Origin: Euprymna scolopes
Lineage: Eukaryota
Assembly: GCA_053919585.1 (NCBI GenBank)
Contig: CM132820.1
Reading direction: 5' to 3' (one strand)
DNA length: 63,870 nucleotides
Both the position numbers and the translations under genes were made by a program. This document shows positions 1 through 13,085 of this stretch, in pieces (the first letter of the stretch is position 1; each line of letters begins with the position of its first letter). The notes beneath the pieces were generated by a model. It was not told the DNA's origin and did not search any database. It saw only the letters and a list, made by a program, of their open reading frames with translations.

Positions 1-240
1 TTATTGATAATAATGATGATGATTCTTTTTCTTTTTATTTGTTTAATTTTCTTTCTCTTTTTCGTTTTTCTTTTTCCTTATTGTCGTCATCATTTCTTGT
101 TCTTGTTCTTGTTCTTGTTCTTGTTCTTCTTCTTCTTTTTCTTCTTCTTCTTCTTCTTTTTATGTACCTTTTTTCTTTACTCTCACTTTTTCTTCTTCCT
201 TTCGTTCATTTCTTCATTTTTCTTCTTTTTTTTTTTATTT
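1..240. repeat. Low-complexity (TTC)n/(TTCTTG)n pyrimidine-rich simple repeat
   Basis: Visible TTC/TTG runs; the ORFs here are poly-F/L artefacts. Confidence 0.9.
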
Positions 241-506
241 CAGTCTGCTTCTTAAATGCAGAAATAAACAGAAGAGTTATTTCCGGCCAGTAAACAGACA
301 ATTACAAACGATGTCTATTTTGTACCGTGTAAATGTTGCGTCCTTCTTGGGAGGAAGTCGCTTCCTAGACTATCGCCATAATGCCATCTTTTGCTGAATG
401 TATCCAGTCATTTTCAAAATACGTGATGTAATGAGAAAGCTACATTTACCGAAATAGAAACGATCATTAAAACTATTATGGTCTCAGAAAGCCATAACAA
501 TGCGCA

Positions 507-579
<73 letters not shown>

Positions 580-594
580 CAATTGCTACGTCTT

Positions 595-1650
595 AACAGA
601 TGCTAGCCATCTCAGTGCTCATCACCACTCTCATCAATGTTGCTGGGTGAATCGTCAGTGACATCCAAACCACGTTCATTAGCCCGAAGGTGACTTTTCA
701 GGCCAACATTTGAGTTGCACAGTCTGACACGTATGTGGCAGACAAGGTTGAGTGTTGAAATTTGTTTCACTTTTGCCCCCGCTTTTCTGTTCCCTCTGCC
801 CACAACATGTGTTAGGTTGGCGCAAAAATAATGTCGGTTTGATATATACTTGTCATAAAACGACATTATTTTTGCACCAACCTAATATTTCTTTTTGTGG
901 TTAATATAAGCAGATTTCGAGAGGAGCATCCGATCACAAGTTTCACATTTCGAACTGTTCAACGCATTAGGAAAAACCAACACATTACATTTCCCAATGT
1001 TTCTCTTGAGTTCAGCATGATCGATTCTTTCCATTTCAAAAACTTCAGTTCTACCTTTCACTAGCCTTCTCTATTTAGGTCGTCATTTCGCTAGAGTTTC
1101 CCCAGTTCTGAACAGGGATTGTGAAGGTTTTAAGATCGTCTTTTATGCAATCCTTGAAGTATCTCTTTCGACCATGCTGAGGACGTTTCCCAGTCCTAAG
1201 CATTGCCGTAAAACAAGTGCTTGGGTAGCCTCACATCCTCCATCCGACCAACATGATCTGCCCAGCGCAACCGGTTCTCCATTACTATCGCTTGAATACT
1301 CAAACAGCTTTCTTGAAAATGTCCGTGTTAGGAGTCAGCGACTGCCATTTTACATTCAAAATTTGCCTGAGGCATTTCTGATGGAATTTCTCAGGTTGCT
1401 TTAAGTGCTGATGCTGTGTTTTCCAGCACTCTAACGAGTAAAGTAAAACAGAAAATACACAGGTCGAGCAATCACTGATTATGATTTTGACAGAGATCCC
1501 ACGATCACACTGCAATCACTTTTCTAGTGTTCCAAATGCTATGCTTGCTTTCTGAATGCGATGATATATCTTCGTATCCAGGGAGCAATCTCTGGAGACT
1601 GTGTCACCTAAGTGCACAAATGTGTCTACAATATTTAGTCTTACACCCCC
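595..1650 (-). mobile_element. Decayed RTE-clade (BovB-like) LINE, 3' part
   Basis: Minus-strand peptides VLLYSLECW...EKFHQKCLRQILNVKWQ and C-terminal CRVRLCNSNVGLKSHLRA resemble RTE RT/C-terminus; frameshifted and interrupted by a MITE. Confidence 0.75.
812..885. mobile_element. 74-bp mariner-derived MITE (MADE1-like architecture)
   Basis: TTAGGTTGGCGCAAAAATAATGTCG...CGACATTATTTTTGCACCAACCTAA terminal inverted repeats; second copy at 54477-54553. Confidence 0.85.
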
Positions 1651-2157
1651 CCACACATTCTAGTAATTATAGGTGCAACTGGATTCACGAAAAATAATTT
1701 TAAAACTACCAGGTGAACCAAGTGCAAGAGAGATTTAAACAATCGCACTTAAAGGGATGGTAAAAAATATCTCTCTGTTGGAATATATGAGATAGCGGGT
1801 GAATGTTTAGCATCTGGTAGAATGCCCCATCCCCAGCTTGGACCATATGATAAGAAAATTGCTTGAACAAACTGATAAGAACATTGATAAAAAAAAGGGG
1901 GGAAATATACACGCATACACACATATATGAAGGATACCTGAATAAAGAGCAAGTAAAGTGCAGAAGGAAGTGTCTAAGCATCACTGACCAGTTATTGATC
2001 AATAAGATTCTTCTTGAGGAATGTAGGAAGAGGCAGATGAATCTAAGCATGACTTTGATTGATTACCAAAAGTCATATAATACAGTGTCTCACACATGGA
2101 TACTGTAGTATCTTGATTTAGATAAGATCAATCCAATAATCAGAAAGACCATGTATG

Positions 2158-2196
<39 letters not shown>

Positions 2197-2199
<3 letters not shown>

Positions 2200-3553
2200 T
2201 CGTGAGCAAAAAAAAAAAAAAAAAAAAAATGGGCCAAACAAATTTTATACATTTTATTGCACTAAAAGCTATATTGAACAAAGAACAATTGAACAAAGAA
2301 AGTTAAACGAGACTAATAACAGAACAAGACATTTACTTTAATAAATGCTTAGGCTGGTATCGCATTCCCTTTTAATTTCTTTAAAAGATCAATCCTTTTA
2401 GACATGCTCTCAACCAAAGTGGAACTCTATGAAGAGGAGATGCTATTCCATTCGCTTTGCACAGCTTCCCACAGTTTGTCATTGTTTGAAAAAGTTGTTC
2501 CAGCCAATGCACGAGATATTATGGGCCAAATATTCTCAATTGGGTTTAAATCGGAGTTTTGACCTGGCCAAAACATCAGATCAATTGAATTATCAGAAAA
2601 TCCTTTTTTGTGACTTTAGCATTGTGTGCAGGGGCATTATCATGTTGAAAAATAATGTTCTAAGATATTCCCAGCTTCTGGATATTTGGTAACAGTCCTG
2701 TTTCTAACATTCGAATGTATTCCTTTGTATTGATTGACTTCTCGCATCTAAGAAGTTCTCCAACTCCTGCTGCAGTAAAATTTCCCCAGACCATTATCCC
2801 TCCATTCCCGTGTTTAAATGTCGTTTTTATGTAACTTGGTGAAAATCTTTCTCCGGTTCTTCGAATGCAATATTCGGGAGCATCAGGAGCATCACTAACA
2901 AGACAAAATCTTGATTCATTTAACCTGAAAACATTCCTGAACCAGTCTGTATCTTTCTTGCCATAATCTTTTTTTATCATTGATGTTCTTCTAAGATAAA
3001 AATGGCTACTTTGCACACCTTTTAGAAGAAAATGTTATTTCTTTCAATCGTTTAGATATTGTATATCTAGAAAGAGAATTTACAGCCCCTGTTTTGAATT
3101 CTTTGCTATGGTGAACATAAGTTTTCTTCCGATCGTTCGAAACAGTTAATTTAAGCCTGTGGTCGTACTTCAAAGTGGATGCTCTAGGGCGACCAGATCC
3201 AGATTTTCTTTTTACCAAGCGTTCGCCTTCGAACCTTTGATCAATTCGCTTCACTGCAGAAAGAGATGTTTTCACATTTTCTTTTCTTAAAATATCAAAA
3301 ATCTGCTTGTAAGTTATTTTGGATTGCCTTAATCCTGCAATTCGGTTTTTTATATTCTCGGCAAGATGCGGTCTTAACATTTTTAGGATTAATTTTCCCA
3401 CTTATTATTATATTCTATAATAATAATAATAATAATAATCTGCAAAATCTGCAAAATAGAAATTTTCAGTTAAAATTAACAAAAATTCATGGAAAAATAT
3501 TGAAAAATCGATTTCTTCTTTCTTTCACTCTTGACCCATTTTTTTGCTCATGA

Positions 3554-3556
<3 letters not shown>
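2197..3556 (-). mobile_element. Tc1-family DNA transposon, full length, transposase frameshifted
   Basis: TIRs CACTCGTGAGCAAAA...TGGGCCAA / TTGACCCATTTTTTTGCTCATGAGT within (TA)n; peptides GSGRPR, NESRF (first D lost), GGIMVWG, IFQHDNAPAH, DLNPIENIW. Confidence 0.9.
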
Positions 3557-3612
<56 letters not shown>

Positions 3613-3615
<3 letters not shown>

Positions 3616-3890
3616 TTTCAATTGTCCTTTACATAAGCAGTAATTTGTGTCTACACAGTCATGATCATGTTTCAGTCTTCTAGTATTTAGTAAGTAGAGA
3701 CATCTTCGGGCAACAACGCTTATATTCAAAAGCTGAAAGTTGATTTTTGTTTTTCATTAAGAATTCCACTTTTGAATACAAGCGTTGTTGCCTGAAGAGG
3801 TGTCTACTTACTAAATACTAGAAGTTTAAAACATGCCCATGACTGTGTAGCAACACATTACTGCTTATGTAAAGGCAAATTGAAAGTGTA
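3613..3890. ncRNA. Inverted pair of type I hammerhead-bearing arms (PLE pLTR-like foldback)
   Basis: ~120-bp inverted arms. Right arm: GTTGC-CTGAAGA...AAAA-CA...TG-TA-GCAAC. Left arm (minus): CCGAAGA...GAAA CATGATCATG. Each arm has a different core mutation. Confidence 0.65.
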
Positions 3891-3974
3891 ACTTGCTCTA
3901 CCACTCTTGAGCACTCTTGTATTAACCTCGTTATATATCACTGGTTATCTTACCTTTGAAAAATACCAACCTGA

Positions 3975-4055
<81 letters not shown>

Positions 4056-5519
4056 ACAAAATAGTACTATGCCACACTAATAGAACTGTAAAGCCTCTTA
4101 CATCAAGATCTGAAGTAAAATCTTCCACGGGGGATAGCTTATTTCCTTTACTTTGGTGATAAATCCGTTAAGCAAGCTAGTCAATAAAATTCGGAGTGCT
4201 TGCAATCTGAGACAAGGCACCCAACAAGACCCGAACAAATATGTCAACACCTTCTCTTCATGGATGTCCTCAAGTTGTATGCTGGCACAGATGCTGACTT
4301 ACGTCGACCCCTGCAGGTCGTAAATAAATTCTCCAGAGATATTGAGATGAAGCTTTCCAAGGAAGGAAAATCTGTAAAACAGAAGTTGCAAACAAATACA
4401 ATGTAACTGCCATTAACCAACTAACCTGCATGTGATAATATACAGCTTTGCTATTGTCGACTGGCCACAAAAGGACTAAAGCATGGAAAATATTAACAAA
4501 ATAGTAGACAAAAATCAGTGTTTGCCGAGGCTATATCTGTCCAGAGGAGCAGAAGGTATGGGTCTCCCAGGAATTGACCATAAGCATCGTGCCACTATTG
4601 TAAGCACAGGGCAATATCTGATGAGCTCCCAAAATGAAAACTTTAAAATGGTATATCAACACGAAACAAGAGCCGCCAGAACAACCTTTATCACGAAATT
4701 GGCGAAGTATTTTAGACAATATTAGATTACAAATAGGACGGAATCAGAAAACAGCACAAGAGTCGCCAAAAATACACCAATAACTTCCATTGCAAAATAA
4801 ATAAATAAATAAAATAAATAAATAAATAAAAATAAAAACTAGAATAAATTGGAAGAATGGGCCCACCAATAGCGTGCCAATTATTTTCTGGGTGAAATCA
4901 GTCAAAAATTATCTCGATAAGTAAGGTTCTATAGACTGGCTCAAAAAGAAATCGTTCTACTTTGATCAGAATATGACTATGATGGCTACCCAAGATAAAG
5001 GTTTGATGACCAATGGTTTTAAAAAGATGAGTGGTCTCAGCAACGACAAATACAAGGCCATAGACAGTGTGAACTACCTGGTATCCAACTGTAAGGTTCT
5101 GCTGAAGGACGGCTACTATACATTATAATTATCTCCACTAGACGATCTGTAAAAAGTTGAATATTGAATGCAGCATCAAGTTCTCGGAACATACACCAGA
5201 AAGAATAGTCGGATCAAAGTCATACACCATCCAATATGACAATGCGATTCTTACAGCTACAATACAGCTATAAAATGAAAATATTAAACCTGACACAGTG
5301 ATATTGGGCAAGAAAAAGAAACTTAATAAAAATTTGTCTCCAATGATGCTGGTTAAACAGAGCCGAGAGAGAAATGATGACGAAATACCAAGGTGTTATG
5401 TATGACATGAAAAGAAACTGGAATCTTGGGAAGATCTTCATTCTAGTATTTTTAGGAGCAACTGAGCTCATGGAATAGAATGTCAAAAACTAACTGGCAA
5501 ATATACTATCATCAAGTCC

Positions 5520-5825
5520 AGAAGTTCACTCGAGGATAAAGGTTAATGAATGTAAGATGGTAGTGTAGTAATAAATAATGATATAAATTGGGTAGAATTT
5601 GAATATTACTTGCGAAGGCTCAAGAAGAACTTGTTTACATTGGACTTGAAAGCTAACATATTATATTCAATTGGAAAGCAGACCAGCGGAACAGTGTTAC
5701 ACGGGCGGGAAGTTCTGTGAAAGAAAGTTTGTTCATGGAATCTGCCTTTGGATTTAGGTACAGATAGAGAGTGGGGGGAAATCATGTATAGTGGTTGTAA
5801 CTAGTCGAGTGTTTTTGTGAAAGTT
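5520..5825 (-). mobile_element. CR1 (Zenon-like) LINE 3' fragment, family 1
   Basis: Similar to 34159-34500 (GAGGATAA tail; FNLQxFKSNVNKFL-like end). Confidence 0.7.
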
Positions 5826-6407
5826 TTGTTCTTTTTTCATTTTTTTAGTCCATCTTCTTCTTCTTCTTCTTCTTCTTCTTCTTCTTCTCCGTACGGTGCG
5901 ATGGATTTTTCATAATTTACATCCATAGCAAGAAGGACAACAGAAAGACAGGGTCATTTTCTACAATTGACTGGTTGAACACGGGTGTCCATGTGTGTGT
6001 CATTAGAATCCTGTCACTAGCGAGTACCACTAAGCTAAATCTTTCATATCTCAAATTCGTGATCTCAGTTAAGATTGACTCCGAAGTCTGCCGCCGCCAA
6101 CCTTTTCATCATGATTCTTCATTGTATAGTCCCATCACCGATCTGCTGTAACAGCCAATATACCGAAATATGTTTACTCTCGACTAGAAACCCTATAAAG
6201 CCCCTTTTCCTCAGCTTATTTCTACCGGAAACTAGAAACTTTATTCCGAATTCTCTAACTGAAACTCTCTCCGGCTAACTGCTTATGGCGTCACTTAATC
6301 TATGTAACACAATGGATCCGTTGCTGTCATATTGTCATTTATTTCCTAGTTAATCCTTGCCTGGTTGTAGAGTACGGTATAACATGCGTAGAGCTATTTT
6401 GATCTTT

Positions 6408-7320
6408 CTCCTTCAATAAGTTTCCAAAACTTTTTCGTATGGCCACATGAAACTCTAGTCCCTTTCGAAGTAATCTCCTCCGACTGCAATGCACTCGTTG
6501 TATCGTTCCAACAAATTCTGGAAGGCTCTGTGGAAGTTTTCTTGTGTGAGCATGTCAGTGACACTCGTCACAACCTCTTTCATCTCCTCAATTGTCTCAT
6601 AAGGACAGCTTCTAGGGTTTTATTGAGCTAAGAGAATCACCAAAAGTCACAGGGAGCAAAGTCTCGACTATAGGGAAGGGTGAGGAACTGTCTTGATGCC
6701 CATCTTGGTCAAATAGTCTTTGACAAAGATGCAGTTGTGGACTGGTGTGATTGCACAAATCTTTCGCATCTTCAGTTCTACGTGAATAATTGTGTGTACA
6801 GTTTCTACACTGACATCAAACTGCACACTAAGTGTATCTATAGACACATGACGGTCCTCATCCATGAAATTCTTTATTTGGCCAATCAACTGTAGTGTTC
6901 TGACGTGCTTACTCGTCATACATCCCTCATCATCCCTCAAAGACCCCCTGCCTTTCTTGAATCTCTTATGCCACTAGAAACGGATGCTAAATTCATGTAA
7001 GATGGTTCAAAAGCAGTATAAAACACTCCATATGTTTCTGTGGCATTTTTTCAAGTTTAAAACAGAATTTTATTGCGTATACTTCTTCTAAAGTGTCCTC
7101 ACACACCCAGATTGCATTTTAAAAATTCACCAGCTGTGACAATCCGCCTTTAGTAGGATGTATTCCAATTCCTGCTGTAGCTGTTCCTTTGAACCGGAAA
7201 TCATAAAAGTTGATCAGTCATCCCTATAAGATATATACCAAAAACATGCTGAATTTTCAAGAGTCTACAACAATTTAAAATACATGTACAAAAATATGGT
7301 CTGGGACCTTTTTGGAGTAC
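6408..7320 (-). mobile_element. Decayed mariner transposon
   Basis: DEDRHVSIDTLSVQFDVSVETVHTIIHVELKMRKICA, KTVPHP, terminal GDYFE; ends resemble TIRs. Confidence 0.8.
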
Positions 7321-7722
7321 ATATCATCACTTCGTATTTTAATATTTTTTAAATAGTTTATCACAATTAAAAAAAAAACAACAACAACAAAAACAACAAC
7401 AACAACAACAAAAAAAACAGCATTATACTTCGCCACATCATTTCCATCTTGTGTCAGTACTAGAGTGAGATTTCGGTGTTTTCTAAGTCAAGTTGACTGA
7501 ATTTATACATATTTTTTTTTTTTAGTTTCCAATCGCCGAATGAGTTTTGTATTAATAACAGGTTGTTATTTCTGAAGATATATGTTGCCGGAGAAGAAAG
7601 TCGAGTCGCAGATAGACGCCATGTTTACCGCATTCAATGATGAATGAGATTTCTGTCATATCCTAAATATGATACATCCTTTCTCGTATTCAAGACTAAC
7701 AAAATAACAAGTCACTTGAAAC

Positions 7723-7792
<70 letters not shown>

Positions 7793-7795
<3 letters not shown>

Positions 7796-7922
7796 TAGGT
7801 TGTTGCATAAGTTCCCGTCGTTCTTTAAGAAAATCAAAGAATTTTAACAGCAAAAGTAAGCTCCAAGTTTTTTGTGTAAATCCCATCGACTGAAGGTGGC
7901 GTGAAATTGTCGCAAAATCATA
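7793..7922 (-). mobile_element. Internally deleted mariner fragment
   Basis: TATTAGGTTGTTGCATAAG TIR; ATISRHLQSMGFTQK helix-turn-helix peptide. Confidence 0.65.
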
Positions 7923-7978
7923 CTTCAAAAAGATTAAGAACAACACTAATCTGATAGTCCCGGCAGATAAAACAATGA

Positions 7979-8326
7979 ATTTAATAATTATTATAGTAAA
8001 TAATTATGTCAGCCTCTTTAAGAACCTCGTTTCTTATCGTTGAGCACTTTCAGTTGAATTAAAAAGTCGGTCAATTTAGCTCTTATGCACAGATCATCAT
8101 ATAATGATTAGATCACTCTAACTGACATTAAAAACCTTAAAAAATAAATAGTTAAAATTCAACAGCATTTCTCGCAGTTAAGCGAAGCCGAATGGATATG
8201 GCCCTTGCTAATGAAGTCAGAGATGGCTTTTGTCACCGGGTTCGAATCTATCGATTGGTGTTAATCATGACACCCTGCACTGAAGATTCCCAAAAGGATG
8301 AAAGACTAGTGTCTGTAGGTATTTGA

Positions 8327-8332
<6 letters not shown>
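7979..8332 (+). ncRNA. tRNA-headed hammerhead element, family A monomer (SINE-retrozyme-like)
   Basis: A box AAGCCGAATGG (8185), B box GGGTTCGAATC (8238); HHR 8274-8319 CCTGCA-CTGAAGA-TTCC CAAAA GGAT-GAAA-GACTAGTG-TC-TGTAGG; homologous to 20441-20960 and 48975-49133. Confidence 0.85.
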
Positions 8333-8394
<62 letters not shown>

Positions 8395-8395
<1 letters not shown>

Positions 8396-8701
8396 TAGCA
8401 ATAGGTGTCCGGCGTTGCCCGGGTGTTTGGAGGTGTATGCTGAGCAAAAAAAAAGGTAAATTTTTTTAATTTGACCCCTATAACATTTATTGTTGGGGGC
8501 TCAACTCGAGTTATTAAGTTAGATCCATGTCCAAGGAACCTATATCTAAAATTTCAAGTGTTCAGACCCAAAATTGTCGGAGGAGTTCGGTAGAGTTCTT
8601 AAAGGTCAAATCGTTGAACTTTGACACCTTAATCGCCAAATTTCTGGCCGAAAACCGAATTAAAATGAGTTATTGCGTATGGAAATGTACACACACACAC
8701 G

Positions 8702-8732
<31 letters not shown>

Positions 8733-9525
8733 GTTCACTTTTATATATATATACTAGCATTTCAGCCCGGCGTTGCCCGGGTGTTTGGATGCGTATGTTG
8801 AGCAAAAAAAAAGTGGTAGTAGGAAGGCAAGCTCGAACCCGTACCGTCAAGGAGAAAAAGAACAGGGTAAAACCTAACGTTTATGCCGTTACTACCACCG
8901 CCAAACCGGAAAGGAAACCTTTAAAAATTAAGGCTAGACAATCTAAAGGAGAGGATAACTTTAAAAAATATCGGCGAAAAAAGTGACCCCCCCCCCTGTA
9001 GAAAAGTGCCTAGTTGAAGGGGAAGAGATTAATGTTTTTAGCCAATTTTTCGATATTTTTCGTATGAAAGGTCGAACTTGATTTTCGTAAAATCTGTTGC
9101 CTCTATTGAAAGTTTAAGGCAGATATGCAAACAGACATACATACATTTATATATTGGTAACTAAAAATTGTTGACCCAAACTGATGAAAAAGCTTGCCCT
9201 ATCTCTGATTACCCTTTATGTAAAATTTCAAATATTTAGACCAGAAATTGTCTGAGTAATTTGGAAGAAACCGCAGAGGTCAATTTAAAAAAAACAAACT
9301 TTGACCCCTATTATGACGCCTTAACATTTATTGTTTTGGGCTCAACTGAAGTTATTAAGTTAGATCCATGTCCAACGAACCTATATCTAAAATTTCAAGT
9401 GCGTAGACCCAAAATTGTCGGAGGAGTTTGATAGAGTTCTCAAAGGTCAAATCGTTGAACTTTGACCCCTTTAATCGCAAAATTTCTAGCAAAAAACCGA
9501 TCACATCGATTTTCCCAAATCTCAG

Positions 9526-9530
<5 letters not shown>
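8395..9530 (-). mobile_element. Two adjacent non-autonomous Helitrons (8395-8745, 8754-9530)
   Basis: 3' hairpin CCCGGGCAACGCCGG followed by CTAG on the minus strand; shared body with 36363-38490 and 47354-47760. Confidence 0.8.
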
Positions 9531-9603
<73 letters not shown>

Positions 9604-9699
9604 TTCATTTAATCACATAAATTATATACGAAGATATAGTTTTATGCGTACATTGTCAGTATTTACTTCAGGTAGTAAGTTATGAAAATATATATGGCA

Positions 9700-9781
9700 A
9701 TTAAGCTACATAGAATATTCCGCGTTTCATTCTCGTGGGAATTCGTCAGTCTGAAACGCGGAATATTCTGTGTAACTTAAT
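9700..9781. ncRNA. Foldback of two partial hammerhead motifs
   Basis: Minus: CTGACGA-ATTC..GAAT-GAAA-CGCGGAATATTCTATG-TA. Plus arm: GAAA-CGCGGAATATTCTGTG-TA-ACTTAAT. ~30-bp inverted arms between (TA)n tracts. Confidence 0.6.
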
Positions 9782-9788
9782 AATAACT

Positions 9789-9844
<56 letters not shown>

Positions 9845-9929
9845 TAAGTTTATATATACAGCATATTGAAATATATAATACGCTATTACAGAATGCACTA
9901 AACATGAACTATAAAATTGCAGAAAAAAA

Positions 9930-11665
9930 TGAATTACACATCAGTGTATATCAGAATGAGGTTATATAAGTAAAAATAAATATTAGATAAAATCATGCCA
10001 ACATTAAAAATAAGAATAAACAACATAACCTTTAGATTTCCTCTGAAGAAGTTATTAGCTAGTTAAGTAGAATAGCACAAGGAAGGAACAGAAAATTTAT
10101 GTTTGACATAGATTCATATTACCAATCTATTTCCTCTAGCTTATTTGAAAACTAGCAATAAAGGAAACAAACATAACTGGATTAGAAGTCGATATAGTAT
10201 AGAATTCTGATTATATATAAAATAGGATATGTACTCGAAAAAATAGAAATCTTAACTTTGATATCACGATGGGTTTTGGACTCTGCTCATGTAATTGATC
10301 TGGTGGGACTATACATATTGAGGAAACTAAATAATAAAATTACAGACCTAAATGAGGATTTATAAAGAGATGATGCACTTTTTTTCGCGAATTTTAGTAA
10401 TAGAGTATTAGAAAAAACGAAACAAAAAATTAAGCAATTTTTAGTGAATTAAACCTAAAAATAGCAATAGATATAAACCACAAATAGTAAACTTCAAAAA
10501 TATAACACTAAACCTTGAAAATAATTCATACAAACTTTACCATGAACCAAACCAAACTCTATACTATATAGACTATAAATCAAATTATCCAAAAGCCATG
10601 AAAAATCCATTATTCATAGCATTTCAAAACAGAATTTCTAAATCATCGCAAAGCAAGCAAGTCTTTAATAGAAATAAAGACTACTATAACCACGTATTAG
10701 TAAGATCCGGATACAACAGACAAATTAGTTATTTGTGGGACGTTCAAAATAGAAATGAACATGGGGAAAATTAGTGTAATATCATATAATATGGCTACGG
10801 ATGGAACTAGTAAATGAAAAAGTAATAGAAAAATAAAATGAGAAAAATAACTACAAAAAGCAATAATGAAAGAGGGGCATTTAACTCAATAGAGAAAATA
10901 AGAAGGAAAAAAGACGAAGGAACCAAATCTGGTTTTATCCGCCGTACAGTGACCAAATTAAAAATAACATTTCGAAAGAATTCTACCAAATTATTGATAA
11001 ACATTAGCCCCAGAATGTAAACTAAGCAAAATAATTAATAAAAGTATAATTAAACTTTCCTTCTCCACTTCATCCTACTTAACCAAAACAGTTATAAATT
11101 CCAACAATGAAAAAAATTAACAAAATCCAGAAAGATAGGGATAAGGAAACCCAGGAACAATATAGTAAAAATAGCTTCGATTGTTGAAACCCAGATAAAT
11201 GTTGACTTGAAGGGAAATGCCTAACTTCAGATATTGTCTATAAATGTGAGGTCATAACTGAAAACAAAAATACGATATACTTGAGATCGACAGATGCCAA
11301 TTCAAAGACTCCGTAACCACCTAACATCCTTCAATTGAAACATAAATAATAAAGCAAACACCAGTAACAATAAGAATGAGAATAATAATGATAATAGGAA
11401 TAACGGAATGAATAATAGAATCAGGAAAAGTAAGAAGATAAACAACACAGCACCCGGTGAATGAATTAGGGAACTCCGTATAAATAAAACTTAATATAAA
11501 GCAGGGACGGCTAGTAAGTATAAACCAAATAAATCGAAAGGATATATATTTGAATCATATCACATATTAACATCTAAGGAAGATTTATTAAATAAGCGAC
11601 TGGATGTAGTGCAAGATTGCCAGCATAAGAATAAATTCGTGCTATTCCGCATTAAACCAGACTAA
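9930..11665 (+). pseudogene. Decayed Penelope-like element (RT + GIY-YIG), related to 38780-40280
   Basis: Remnant motifs DSAHVIDLVGLYIL, RDDAL, WFYPPYS, LEGKCLTSDIVYKC, NHLTSF, LLNKR...CQHKNKF; many frameshifts. Confidence 0.8.
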
Positions 11666-12719
11666 ATAAAAAGAAGAATAAAAATAGAAGGTATATAAAC
11701 GAACAAATAAATATACATTAAATACGCATAAGGGGAAAAGAGAGATTAGAGTATAACTTATGTTTAATATAGAAAATATAAAGCAAATATAAATTAAAAG
11801 AAAACGTACTCTTGAAATATCAACAAACTACAAACAGAAGCAAATAATGAGACATACTAAACATATAAAGTTAGATTAAACAGTTTTGGTAAAAATTAAG
11901 GGGGGGTGATAGTCAACTCATAAATAGAGACGGTAAAGCACTTATATCAATAGACGTCTTAAATCTATATAGCTTAGAAACGCAAAATAAGTATGACAAT
12001 TAGATAACTAGGAAGTAAGGAAGATAACAAGGATAGATCATATAAAGAAAATAAATTTTTAGCTAGAAATGCCAGGGTAAAAAATGCATAAATATAGTAG
12101 CATTAAAACAATCCACAAATTAGCCAGCAAATGTTAATATATGAGAAATAAATAAAGGGAAACAACTAAACAAAGGATATATTAGGAAAAGTAAATTAGA
12201 TCTTCCCTGGATCTCCAACATAAATACAACTAAAGAGAATGTTTACTCGCAGACAGATAAACAAATACATTCCAAAGATTTTGTAGTTTTTAATACAGAA
12301 ACTGATAATAATACACAATAAGTAATAAATAGAGAAAATAAATTTTAGGGGGCAAATTAAATAAGATGAAAAAAAAAAGAATTATTATGAATAGGAAAGT
12401 ACGGCTGTTTCGGTATAGACAGACAAACTAATTTTATTGTAGTTTTTGAAAAATAATTTAAATTAACAATAATATATAATGACTAAGAAATGGAGAAAAT
12501 AAATTTAAGGAGGTAAATTATATTAAATAAAATGAATAGAAGGAATAATTATAAATACGAAAGTACGGCTTAGTTTCTTAATGTAATATGCAAATGAGGT
12601 TACCTCTGTACCAAAATACCAAGGTTAGCAACAACATACGCCACATACAAATTTATTATGTCTAGATTATTAGTCACTGTCTTATGTAAGTTTAGACCGA
12701 CATTTTAGACACATTTAAT

Positions 12720-13085
12720 CGTTATAATAAAATCCTACATTTCATCCTAGGAGAAACATCATCAGAATCGCAACATATTTAGACGAAGTAGTTCCTATTT
12801 TTTCATCTAAATCTGAAGTCCTCACACCGTCCCTAAAAATCACAAGGAAGAAATATACACATTATAACTATATCGTCCTGGCACCCTTCGTAACTGGATC
12901 ATACACTCATAGACATACAATTATCTTCCCATTTTCACGAATCGAAAAATAGTAATTTCTCCTTTCTAAAATTCCGGCAATTCTCATTGATTGAAGGTTG
13001 AAAAATCGATAATTCCGGATTAAGCACCTTATCACAAAAATGAACGCGTCTGACCTTTACAAATATGGCGGCTCTCTCTACACGA
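12720..13085. repeat. Unclassified dispersed repeat, paralogue of 50705-51050
   Basis: Colinear similarity over ~350 bp (ATAATAAAAT..TCATCCTAGGAGA, GTTCCTATTTT, TTCCGGATT, ATGGCG). Confidence 0.65.

Larger units (their letters stand above)
1650..5500 (+). mobile_element. Decayed R4/Dong/NeSL-like (RLE-type) non-LTR retrotransposon split by later insertions (2160-4055)
   Basis: DQLLINKILLEECRKRQMNLSMTLIDYQKSYNTVSHTWI, GDSLFPLL, HLLFMDVLKLYA (YMDD-like), RLYLSRGAEGMGL, and KPDTVIL near 5290; many stops. Confidence 0.75.

Noticed and set aside
8175-8260. Functional tRNA-Ser gene (also tRNA-like segments at 20690-20770, 50205-50279, 60209-60285)
   Set aside because: Acceptor and/or anticodon stems do not pair and there is no T-run terminator; only promoter boxes are retained
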